From contig NC_134029.1 in the NCBI RefSeq assembly GCF_964204645.1, positions 2,418,001 through 2,482,000 on the forward strand: 64,000 nucleotides of DNA, in the 5' to 3' direction. Source of the stretch: Tubulanus polymorphus. Its lineage: Eukaryota > Animalia > Nemertea. The notes below the pieces were generated by a model. The model made no database searches and had not been told where the DNA came from. It saw nothing but the letters and a program-made list of their open reading frames with translations. Positions 42,739-54,000 of the stretch are shown in pieces (the first letter of the stretch is position 1; each line of letters begins with the position of its first letter). Made by a program: the position numbers and the translations under genes.

Positions 42739-43851
42739 ATGAACGCAACAACGACAGACTCATGGTTGAACAGTTCACTGATATCGACTACAATTAAACC
42801 AGTGCTGGAGCCTTCTTACACTTCTTATATAGAATACAAAATCTCTAAAGACGTTTACAAATACGTAGCGCCCACTATTGTATTTATGGGTCTTGCCGGT
42901 AACCTCCTAACGATATGCGTATTGCTGAAAAAGAACGTGGGCAAAGCGAGTACGTCTTATTTATTGGTGGCACTGGCTCTGGCTGATTCGTTTGTATTGA
43001 TAACTGGTTTAATGAGATACTGGATCAGAGAGATAACTCAACCGTCCGTCGATTTACGAACTTTGTCCCCGTTTTCTTGTAAACTACATCTATTTCTCGT
43101 TTATTACATGATGCAATTTGCGATTTGGATTTTGGTTTTAGTAACGATAGAGCGGTTTATTTCCGTCGCGTTTCCGTTGAAAGCGAAATGGTTATGCTCA
43201 CCCCCTAGGATGCTAGCAGCTCTCGGGGTCATGGGTACGTTCCTCTTCGCTTTGAATTCGCATATCTTCTACGGAAAGTACGGTTACTACTCAGGAGGAC
43301 GAGTTAGATGCGCGCATCTGAACGAAGAGTACAAATTATTCTGGAACGAAACTTGGGTTTGGATAGATTTGTGCGTAATGTCGGTTGTACCATTTTTGAC
43401 GATTCTGTTTTGTAACGTGGTTATAATCGTCAAAGTTCGTCTGTCGAGTCGACATAAAATGATGATGCGACGATCTACTGAGAGAGATTCCGCAACGGCC
43501 ACTAAAATAACCAATATGACGGCCATGTTACTGACCGTTAACTTCGTATTTTTGATCACTTCTTTACCCGCGTCTATCTACTTGGCCGGCTGGACCAATG
43601 CGCCGTACACAAGCAACCACAACATAGCTGCCCGCATTTTAGCGTTCGCCTCGGTCAACACTCTCTCCTACGTCAACAACGCCGCTAATTTTCTGCTGTA
43701 TTGCGTCAGCGGACCTCGATTCAGGGCTCAGTTTCTAGCGATGATCGGCAAAAAATCGGCGAGAATTTATCCGACTTCTCAAACGATGGAGGACCCGGAT
43801 ACTCGTGCTACGACCGTGCCGCCTAATAACACAGCCGAGTCGATAGCTTAA
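42739..43851 (+). CDS. Class A GPCR, FMRFamide-receptor-like group (orphan), paralog 1, 370 aa
   Basis: Seven hydrophobic segments; GN in TM1, LALAD in TM2, Cys at the top of TM3, ERF in place of DRY, TM7 NNAANFLLYCVSGPRFR. N-terminal N-glycosylation sequons (NAT, NSS). Start placed at ATG 42739 rather than TTG 42580, because a splice acceptor (ttttatacatttccAG, 42636) lies between them. Confidence 0.93.
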   Translation: MNATTTDSWLNSSLISTTIKPVLEPSYTSYIEYKISKDVYKYVAPTIVFMGLAGNLLTICVLLKKNVGKASTSYLLVALALADSFVLITGLMRYWIREITQPSVDLRTLSPFSCKLHLFLVYYMMQFAIWILVLVTIERFISVAFPLKAKWLCSPPRMLAALGVMGTFLFALNSHIFYGKYGYYSGGRVRCAHLNEEYKLFWNETWVWIDLCVMSVVPFLTILFCNVVIIVKVRLSSRHKMMMRRSTERDSATATKITNMTAMLLTVNFVFLITSLPASIYLAGWTNAPYTSNHNIAARILAFASVNTLSYVNNAANFLLYCVSGPRFRAQFLAMIGKKSARIYPTSQTMEDPDTRATTVPPNNTAESIA

Positions 43852-44303
43852 ACAATTCATGGTGATTTGAAAAAACCATAGATAAGCCTGGGTTCGGCCG
43901 GTGTGAGTTTAAAAAAAAACATTCTTTAATAGCGCGTGCGTGTTATAAGTTTACCGCTGGATTCAGTTGTTCAGTTCGAACTTTACCAAAATGCAAACTT
44001 TATTTTCCACGATCGAGTTCCGCCACGCGGTAAAGGTTATATTCAGGCGTCAAATCTTAACCGACAACCTCGGAATCTAAGAAATACGTCCTGTGTTTTA
44101 ACACTGAATGTTCTAACCCTGTCTCAAATGATATTGTTGTACATGCGGTGATCATGAAGAGTATATTATGATTTGAAATGTAAACTGTCATTATACCAGT
44201 ATAGCATATAACGACTCCTGTCTGAATGTAAAGATGGCTACTTATCCATTATGACGAAGCTACTATTTATGATTGAATTGATAAACAGGGTATTTAAATA
44301 CGA

Positions 44304-44409
<106 letters not shown>

Positions 44410-46255
44410 ATATCACATACAGATTTCAGGTTCTGATTGATGATTCCATCTCTTTTTAAAACGCTGGCCTTTTTTTAAGACGATATCGTCGATGGAAAAT
44501 AATAATGGTATGAAAGAATATTTTGTTATTCCAACGATGTTGTATACATATGTTTTATTAGATATATCTACAGTTTACTGGATGATGGATTTGTATCCTA
44601 TGAATACCACAATGATCAAATTAAAGATTCATTTTATATTTATATCAATTTATGTGAAGTAACATTATATATAATACTGGCTAGATACTGTATGTATCTA
44701 TTCCACGTGTAAATTCTAATGTGAAGCGGTATTTTTGTAATCAAGTATTAATCGTTGTGAAGACCGCTGCGTATTGTTTGGCCAATTGACGGCAATCCGA
44801 ATAAAAGTGACAACTCGTAATGGAAACCGTTTACACTAACTGTGAAAACATTTATAATCGATCAGCTCCTCCGAGGTCTGATGTAGCGGTTTGTCTGACA
44901 GTCGTCTTTTTATATCAACCATAGGATGAGTGACACGTGTAAACATTACGCCGAGTTGCGAATAGATTTTTTGTCAAATTAACCGACTTGAGCGGTTAAC
45001 CGAGCTGACCGGTGAGTGAGTCCGCTGAATTTGGACCCCGTTTTTGAATATAAGTTAAATTGTAAAACCGATTATTACGCACAAATTCGAATGAAGGTGA
45101 TATTTAGATTACATTACACGATTGATAATCTCTGTCACTCGATTCTTACACATGATGTAATAATGTATGGGATTTTTGAAAACATTCCGATATTTCATCA
45201 TATATCCGAAAAATATGTTATTCGTTGTTTGTTGAGATTGAATAAATGATATGACGTGTAATATTTAAAGCGTAAACTTGGTTTCTTTTGGGATTGTTTT
45301 AAAGAATAAATTGTAAAGTGTTTTAAAGTGTTTGTTTCATCCCTTGATTTTCCGTCTTTGTATTGAGAGATCATTTCCATCGCAACACTAGATTGATATT
45401 CATTATCATCGATTATCGTTATCCTTTATGGCAAATAACAATTTCGATGACGTCATAAAGCAATAATGTCATAAAATAGGAGACGTCGCTCATTTTGAAA
45501 ACGCTTCAAACAGAAAGAGATTTATTTCCTTAAGGGAAATTACTATACACTAAAAATACACGTGGAACATTTGACGTGTGTATTGATATTTAAACTATTT
45601 GCAACGACATAGAAAATTGGTTTTTGTTTCCTCAAATCAGTTCAGTTTTTCAGTTCACCTAAATAAACTCTTGCTTTACATGTTTTTCATATAAGCCTAA
45701 ATTCCTAGGATGATTTTTAGATTCGAAATTGTTGCTTATGGTACTTTTTTTAATGCTGAAAATGAAAAAATAATCCGCTTTTGTGGCGCAGTAACCGGAA
45801 AAAATCAATCTATATAATTACGATGTTGATTGCAGCGCTGGTGCCAGGTCGATCGACTCCACCTCATCGCTGTGTTTTATTATCAGGTGAAGAGATGCAG
45901 CGAGGGAGCGAAGTAAGAAAAACTGCTCGATTGGAATCGACATCAGATTAAGGTAAAACGTTCGAAATTGTGAATACTAAAGCATTCGGATCTACACAAC
46001 TGAATGTGTTAAATTTACCACTTTAAGTTATTTTTGTGTCTTGTATAAAATAAGTTAAAACAATGGAAAAAAGGAAATCCACAGGAGGGGAGGGAAACAA
46101 CAAGATAAAATTCACCGGGCAGTTGAACGGAAAGCAGTCGGTATGATTACGGTCGGTTTTTCATTTTCCATACGTCGGATAACTTCAAACTTTGCATTCG
46201 TCTCGTTTTTCCTCAATAGCAACTTGTAAATCATTGCTTCAGATCAACCCACGTC

Positions 46256-47317
46256 ATGATGGCTAATGATGCAAATACAACCGATGCGCTACCGTCACCA
46301 ACCGGTTCGTACAGGGATTACATCGAATACGATATCGCAGTGGGATTAGTTCGGTACATATATCCGCTGATATTCATATTCGGGTTAACTGGAAATATCC
46401 TCACAGTTTGTGTACTACTGAAGCGTTCGATTGGTAAGAAAAGTACGTCGTATTTACTGGTATCACTGGCTGTAGCTGATTCCTGTATTTTACTGTTTAG
46501 TTTATTACGTAAATGGATCGTTACTCTGGACGACCGGTTTTCTAATTTCGATATGATCGTCCCGTTCTTTTGTTCGATGCGTTATTTCTTGAATTATTAC
46601 TTAACTCATCTCTCAGTTTGGTTTCTCGTTCTGGTCACCACTGAGCGATTTATTTCGGTCATATTTTCGCTAAAAGCCGTCAATCTGTGCAAAACTCGCA
46701 ATGCCGTCATCAGTATTTGCGTAGTAACCGTTACTATGTTTCTGCTCGACGCGCACCTATTATACGGAATTGTCGGAATTTACCGAACGCCGGAAAAAAT
46801 CGCCTGTCGTCTTCGGAGAAGCTCGACATACAGATATTTCTGGTTTAAATTCTGGGGTACGATTGATATCTGTATCTCGACTCTGATACCGTTCTTTTTC
46901 ATTCTATTTTGCAACGTTTCAATTATTGTCAAAGTCAGAATGTCGAGTCGAAAAACGAAATCGAGAACGACAAACGAAAGTTCTAGCGACTCTAAAATAA
47001 CTAACATGACCGCCATGTTGTTGACTATCAATTTCATGTTTTTGATCACGTCGCTGCCGTTTACGTTGTACATGCTCGTCTGGTCAGAAATTAAAATCGA
47101 AAATCACGCTATCGCTCAAGACATCCTGGCGCAGACGTCGGTATCAGCTTTGAATTACGTGAACAACGCCGTGAACTTCTTGCTGTATTGCGTTAGCGGC
47201 CCGAGGTTTAGAGAACAGTTCATGGCAATGATCGGCTACAGATCTTCACGCGTAAACCCCGTAATCGAATCGACAGATGGAAGCACAATCGAGAGATCAA
47301 CAAACACGAATGGTTGA
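46256..47317 (+). CDS. Class A GPCR, FMRFamide-receptor-like group (orphan), paralog 2, 353 aa
   Basis: 7TM; GN, LAVAD, ERF, KITNMTAMLLTINFMFLITSLP, NNAVNFLLYCVSGPRFR. Acceptor tcattgcttcAG (46242) just upstream of the ATG. Clear paralog of 42739-43851. Confidence 0.93.
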   Translation: MMANDANTTDALPSPTGSYRDYIEYDIAVGLVRYIYPLIFIFGLTGNILTVCVLLKRSIGKKSTSYLLVSLAVADSCILLFSLLRKWIVTLDDRFSNFDMIVPFFCSMRYFLNYYLTHLSVWFLVLVTTERFISVIFSLKAVNLCKTRNAVISICVVTVTMFLLDAHLLYGIVGIYRTPEKIACRLRRSSTYRYFWFKFWGTIDICISTLIPFFFILFCNVSIIVKVRMSSRKTKSRTTNESSSDSKITNMTAMLLTINFMFLITSLPFTLYMLVWSEIKIENHAIAQDILAQTSVSALNYVNNAVNFLLYCVSGPRFREQFMAMIGYRSSRVNPVIESTDGSTIERSTNTNG

Positions 47318-48483
47318 ATCTTAGGCCGCAGACTGGTCTCTGACAATTCTATACTTTCAGATTACGTTTTACCTATTCCGGAATAGCATAATCTGTAACA
47401 GAAGCGGTCGGTAGAGAATCTATAATCCGCAATACCTATTCCTAAACCAGAATAAATCAAGGCAGGTTTCGATGGCAAGTTTAGATTGGTTTCTTCCGAC
47501 TCCATAAATCTCTTCAGGCGCATTCGTTTAGACCTGAATAGCATAATCTGTAAACCTTAGAAGCATGTGTAATACGGGATTGATATCCCTTAAACGAAAT
47601 CTGCTTTAGCTATTCGTGTGTATATTAGCTTCCTGTTCTAGATCCCACAGGATCGCGGTTCAACGGCAGAGAGTTAACATGTACGTATAGCGCATGATAG
47701 ATAGAAATAAACAAATCATTAACTCTTGAAAAATGATTTTGTATCCGGGAAAAATAGAATATTTGAATAGTTAATTGATTTTTTCCGAGTCACAAGAAGA
47801 AAGAAGTTTGAATTCTAACCGACAAATGGCGAAGCTTTGGCCTCGAGATATCTGTGTAGATCGAGTCGCGAGGGGTTAGGAGAGATCAATAGATCTGAAG
47901 CTTCACAGACGCGCCGCCAATTATTCATCCTTATAGATTGATTAGAAATCAATTCCACTCACCGAGAAAATATCAAAACCAAATACACAAACATCCAGAA
48001 AAAAATATTTCGATTTTCTTGAGACAAAATAAACACTTCATACAACTTCGAATATATCTTCATATGATTCATTATCTAGAAATGAAATAGCTGATACACT
48101 GAAACTAGTTCAAATACTTCTTATGCTATGTAATTCAACAGCTTGGAACATGGAAATATTTAGATGAAATTTGTCGTATAGAAAATGTAAGTAAACGTTT
48201 TATCTTCAATGACATGTCATCAAACATCATACATCAAACATAAATGAATGAACGGTCAATAAGACAAAATGAGACAAATCGACCCTGTCATGGTTTTCCG
48301 CTAGAATTACGTTTTTCGCCTTGGTAATTCTGCCAGTATTCTTTATAATTCATTAGGTGTGGCTGTTGGCGTTTTAGATCTTCAGTTTCAATTATTTTCC
48401 GCTCGTTATCGATATCTGAAACATACAGAGTTGTTAATCAGAAACGAGGAAATACTCGCTCGGCGTGAGTTCTATAACACGCT

Positions 48484-48592
48484 ACACGAGAATGATACAT
48501 TCATTATGAAGACAGTAGAAATAACACACGGCAATGAACACACTCATCATGAATAAACACGAGAATGATACATTCATTATGAAAACAGTAGA
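48484..48592. repeat. Local direct duplication (36 bp, one mismatch, period 73)
   Basis: ACACGAGAATGATACATTCATTATGAA[G/A]ACAGTAGA at 48484-48519 and 48557-48592. Confidence 0.9.
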
Positions 48593-50858
48593 GGCATTCA
48601 TCATGAATATACATTAGAATGGAATTGATTGAAATAAAAAGATAGAAACAGTAGAAAAACATGTATTGGAAACTAAGAAAATATCAAAAGAATTGGGCGT
48701 TTTTCATATCAATCACGTCATCAGAAATACATGAATAGAAAAAATGTAAAATGTCTTCTTATAAAAGACCAATATCGCACAAAAATATGATCTAGGTTTT
48801 GATGGTCTCAGATGATTCTCCTCTATCGAATGAGATAACTTCCCAAAAAGGCATTTATGCATTAGTATTAATAATGGCGAAATGGTCGATGATAAGTCAA
48901 GGCGGTGCCTAACGAACACATTTCTAAATGTCCCCGTAATACCCGTGGTAAATAGCTACACAAATGATCATTGGCAATCGATGTAACAAATCAATGATTC
49001 TCTGAGATATCATTGCCTTTCTTACCTGTTTTTGTTGGCATAGTCCTGTGTATTTCCGGTTCCCCAACAGACCGCAGAGGAGTTCCACGATCACAAAACT
49101 CCTGCACCTCATTATTCAGACCTATTCTCATCAATGATTCCAGAAGTAGTTGTTCTCTATAAATTCTTTCATTCGTCGCCAAACGCGTTAAACCTCGACT
49201 CAAATTAGATTTAGATTTCATCGAAATATTAGTAGCTCGTCGGGACATTTTCAGTCAATCAACGCAGTCCTTTCCAAACTATCAAATGATCAAAGAAGCG
49301 ATATCGTTTATATTCATACTCTAATATCCTAGTCTAGTACAGTAAAAGGGATATTTGCTTTTGCTCGTAAAGTTCCTTCGTCTTAGTATCGAGCATAAGA
49401 ACGTCTTAGTGTTGAGTATTAGAAAAGGCCAATCAAAGGCTAGTTTTAAGTGACCAAATGGTATGTGATCCGAATAACAGCACAAATACATGATCCGTGG
49501 AGCGTGAAATACGTCTCTATACAAAGATCGGTGTTGATTTGAAATTGGTTCCGATATTTCTGATTGTCTTCGCTCGATACAAAACATATGCGCACGAAAC
49601 TATTATTAAGATTATTGACGCAAATTGCGCTTTCAAGATGTGATAATATATGACAATGTATTATGTTCTATTTATCATTTTCAACCATAAAGTGTTGTAG
49701 GGATTTTCATGAGCTCATCGTCGCGACACTAAATAGATGTATATAGTAGTAGACATTTTGGTTCTCGCTCTAGACCTAGATTCGCTTGCAAATAGAATAT
49801 AATAAAATTGCAAAATAATCAGCTTCACGTTCTACAAATGAATAGAAAGCTATCAGTGATTCGACAGCACATTTCTCAGAACAATCTCCTGGCTTTTCTT
49901 TCAATCATTTATTATTCATTAATAGATGATACATTTTCATTATATCTGTAAAGAAAACATTGTAATCTTCGCAAACAATAAATATTCACTGTGAGAACCA
50001 GTGGATTTTACAATGATAATCAACAATCTGGATATGATTCGTAATATATTATAACATATAGATATATACACTGGTTTTGTACGTACAAAAACAATTATAT
50101 TTTAATCAATCTCATCTCGATATATTCAAGGATTCGGATCCAATGATAATCTGAATCCGCGGTGAGGAATAACACGGGCAATAACTAATATTTTTGGTAT
50201 TACACATATAACAATTCACACAATTATACTCTGAAAGCAGTTTATCATTATTCATATTGAAAATACACGAATCTTCATCAACAAGTTTAACTAAACTTCA
50301 TCTTAAAAGTAGAATACACATATAAGGCTGAGAGATATCACTGCACCGGTTATTGGACTGCCGCTTTGATACTTCACTTACAGCATTCGACCATATCGTC
50401 TTAACTCAATTGGTCTTTGATAATTTCATTAGTCGATACAAGAACCATTTTCAAAAACCAACCGTGTGGTTTAGTTCCCGACAGCAAAATCTGTCCAAGA
50501 AATTTTCAATTTTCAATGCAGGATTTCTCTTCACTGATCTCTCTCCAATTCGGTGAAGATTATACAAGAATTCTTGGTATAAATAATTGTATTTGAATTT
50601 AAATCATACGTAGCCTAGGAAATTTACAAGTTATTCATACCTGTGTTCGTGTATGATATCTAGGCGTAGCAAAATATTACAAATCGTTGTTTAAGTCACA
50701 ATATCATCATCATCATCATCATCATCATCAACAATCGCACTAACTAAAAAACAATACAGTTGACACCGAGGAGTCACTAACGTCACATACACGCATCGTC
50801 TATATCTGCATAGTATTTTAGGGGTTTAATATATTTGTATCGCATACACATACATAAT

Positions 50859-51094
50859 TTAATCGTATCTATGAAGATTAAGCCATGAGATTATTAAGAT
50901 GATCGCTAAGTAAATGTTACAAAATGAAGTATTTCTGTGGCTGTTATTCGACCTCGACCCCGCAGGTCGTGGCTGTTCGTCGCGCGGTCGCTTGCGCGTG
51001 TACATCCGGCGAGTCACTGGTTTAAACGGAAGGACGGGAGTCTTTTTAGGAGTCACCGTGACTTCTAAACACGCCGGCTTGTGCGTAATCCGAT
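50859..51094 (-). CDS. Terminal exon: Pro/Thr/basic stalk and GPI-signal-like hydrophobic tail
   Basis: catctttccAG| RITHKPACLEVTVTPKKTPVLPFKPVTRRMYTRKRPRDEQPRPAGSRSNNSHRNTSFCNIYLAIILIISWLNLHRYD*. Confidence 0.83.
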
Positions 51095-54000
51095 CTGGAA
51101 AGATGAATGTCGGAATCTTTTTTTGCATTTGATTTTGAATCTTTGATATTCGTATTCAACAGAACACAACGCCGGTATTCGCTATTGTGTTTCAAAGATT
51201 CAAGCACTCAGAGCATGGATTGTCATCTTTACTCTTTCATATACGTAAATATTGTATACTGTAGTACAGTAAGATTTCCACAGTTATCCGTTGAATTTGA
51301 CTCATTTCCTATCTGTTTGACTCCATAGTCCTTATGATATTACCCTGATTTTGAAAATAACTTAACCAAAAATAAGACCGATAAACCTTCGTGCACTTAC
51401 CATCGTGAAGTAAATATGTAGTTTCTGCTTGTTTGAAATATCCGATCTCACCAGCCGTGTCAGTATTACACTGAGATGTAGACATGCGATACACTATTCT
51501 ACCGTCCCAACTGAAGCGTTTTCCTTGTGACTTGTTTATTATCTTCAAAATATAATCAATTTTATCATTTCAGAAAAAAACAACGATTTACGATGCAGAC
51601 TACTTTTGATGATTTTATTGAATAAAACGTAAAAACAGGTAGTACTGTGTAGGTTAACTGATTTTACTTGAAATCTCTAAAATTCTAGGGTATAGTGGTT
51701 TGATCAGGTAAATGAGTCCGCGGTACTACCTGATTTAATTTTAAGTCAGTTAACACTACATGTTTTTACGTTTATTGTTTTGACGCCAGGTTTACACGGC
51801 TGCTCAACGACTCATCCTAGAAATTAATAAACAATTTTGAGAATATTTCTGATATCAATCTTACCCAACAGTTGATAGTTTGATCGGCATTATTTCTGGT
51901 AAAAAGAAATATATCCTCATTCGGTATTTCAGGCGCTATTCTTCCAATACACGTGAACGCTGGAAAATGAGTGATCATTATGAAGACGTTGCAGTGCGTT
52001 ATGTCTGGGGCAATCAAAATAAGTAGTAAAATATTCGTCCATCCCGTCCATAATTGAAAGAATGAATGATTTTAATTTCATTACATACACGTACATAGAA
52101 TATATAGATTAGTTTAACATCTGTACGAATATTATTCATATTATATACAAATTGAGATTCTAGATGAATATAGTTTAAGTGTTTTATGTTCTAAAATGAA
52201 GGGCTCCCTACGAGTCTAAGGCTTAGACGCCACTTCGGCAGTCATTGCACATCATCTCGGTAATCTATGATCTGACACAGTCGTCTTTGAACAACTGAGA
52301 ATCGAATACTTACTCTCTCGCCTTCCGAGAGATGGAGTCTGACACGTATTAACCTGCACACTAAGTCGACTTCCACGTTCACATTTCACGACGTCGTAGT
52401 CAGACATGTGTCCCGGGCAGTAACGAGGGCCGACACTACTCGAGAAACTAGCGTTAAATGGTACCAATCCGTTGATGTGACAAGCAGTGCGACGAAGGCC
52501 TTTCTTTACTACAACAAAAATGAGAGACAGTTTTTTATAGTAATAGATTCCATTTGCCTCAGATCTCGCGGGACCAAGGTTATGTATACGCGAATTCCCG
52601 GGACGGTCTGAGCAGGGGATGGGTCGTTATGCAATGAATCGGAGCAGGAAAATGTGGACGGGGCACGCGATTATACGAGGCTAAACCGAGTCTACTGTAT
52701 TACATTTTGAGTGAAGCCAGTTTTTTGAGTTATCTGTCTCAGTATTGTAGAGTTCAGTTTCTCTTAAGTTACTTACGGATGAGATTTTTCATTTGTCGGC
52801 TACGAATGCCGTCGTCGAGAGGAATCGGGTCATTTTTGAAGTGACACAATCGGTTGAAACTCAAATCGGATTTCTTACTCGGCGCTACAAGTAAACAACA
52901 ACATAACTAGGTTTAAAGGAACAAATCAGTTTGCTTACGACTTATTGATGGAATTAGATAATTGATACTCGAATTAGCTACCTAATATTATCAGTACATC
53001 TACTACTTACATATTCTATACTGAAGAACGTTATGATGGGCTTTATTAAATTCGATGCAGGTGTATCTGGGTCGACTGAAAAAACACGGTGGATATACAT
53101 TATATTTCAATATAGCATTTGATATTGGTTTCATTCGGAGTTCAGGGATATTAAGCACGCATTTTCTCCAAAAAAAGATATTTGCGATATCGATTATGGG
53201 ATGTATCATTTTGTTACTTCGGGCGAAGCGTAAGATTTTCTTCTGATGATTCAACATCAATTCTAATGGATCAAAGAACGATTTTATCAGCTAATTGCCA
53301 CGCCTAATATTGATGACTCAAATTTGAAGTAATTGTTGTGTTATTCTGCTTTCCCTGTCGTACACCAGGGCAAGTCATAGGTATAAAGCCCAATTGTTAC
53401 GACACAGAATTGCGCCTTGGTGCGAACTCGAAAAGCTTACCAGCCATTTTTTAACGTAGTCATCAGTTTATATCGGTGCTGAGCGAAATCTTTATTTTTG
53501 CACGAAAATTTTCCGAATTTAGAAAATTCTAGGAATTTCTCATGAATTCTAACAACCTCGGTTCGATCCTGTTCGTAAAGCATCCACGAGCCGTGATACG
53601 GCTTGGGAAATTTACATTCCGGTTTGAAAGAGCTTTCATCAATAGCTGAAAATGAGTTTTGATAAATGATAGCGAGTATTGTTAGTGAATAGAGTCACCC
53701 CACCTGACTGGTCACCATACTGACCAGATAAACTGGGGCCAGTTGCTCAATAGCTGGTTAAAGGTAACCGGCGGATAAATACCATAGTAAAAATGGACTT
53801 TCAATTATCCCTTGGTAAACAATCCACTGATTAACTTTAACCAATCTTTGAGCAACTGCAGCCCCTGGTCACTACAGTTCCAGTGGTCTAGTGGTGAGTG
53901 TGCACGGCTGACATGTAGTTCGAAAGAGCTGGTGCTATTTCGAAAGTTTGTTTACGTTTGTGCCTGAAATATGGCTTTTTCGTTAGTAATTCCCCTTCTC

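Noticed and set aside
50859-51094. Ephrin-A-like ending (CLEVTV plus GPI-like tail)
   Set aside because: Upstream exons show no ephrin receptor-binding domain motifs and instead form the duplicated Cys-rich/ShKT architecture.
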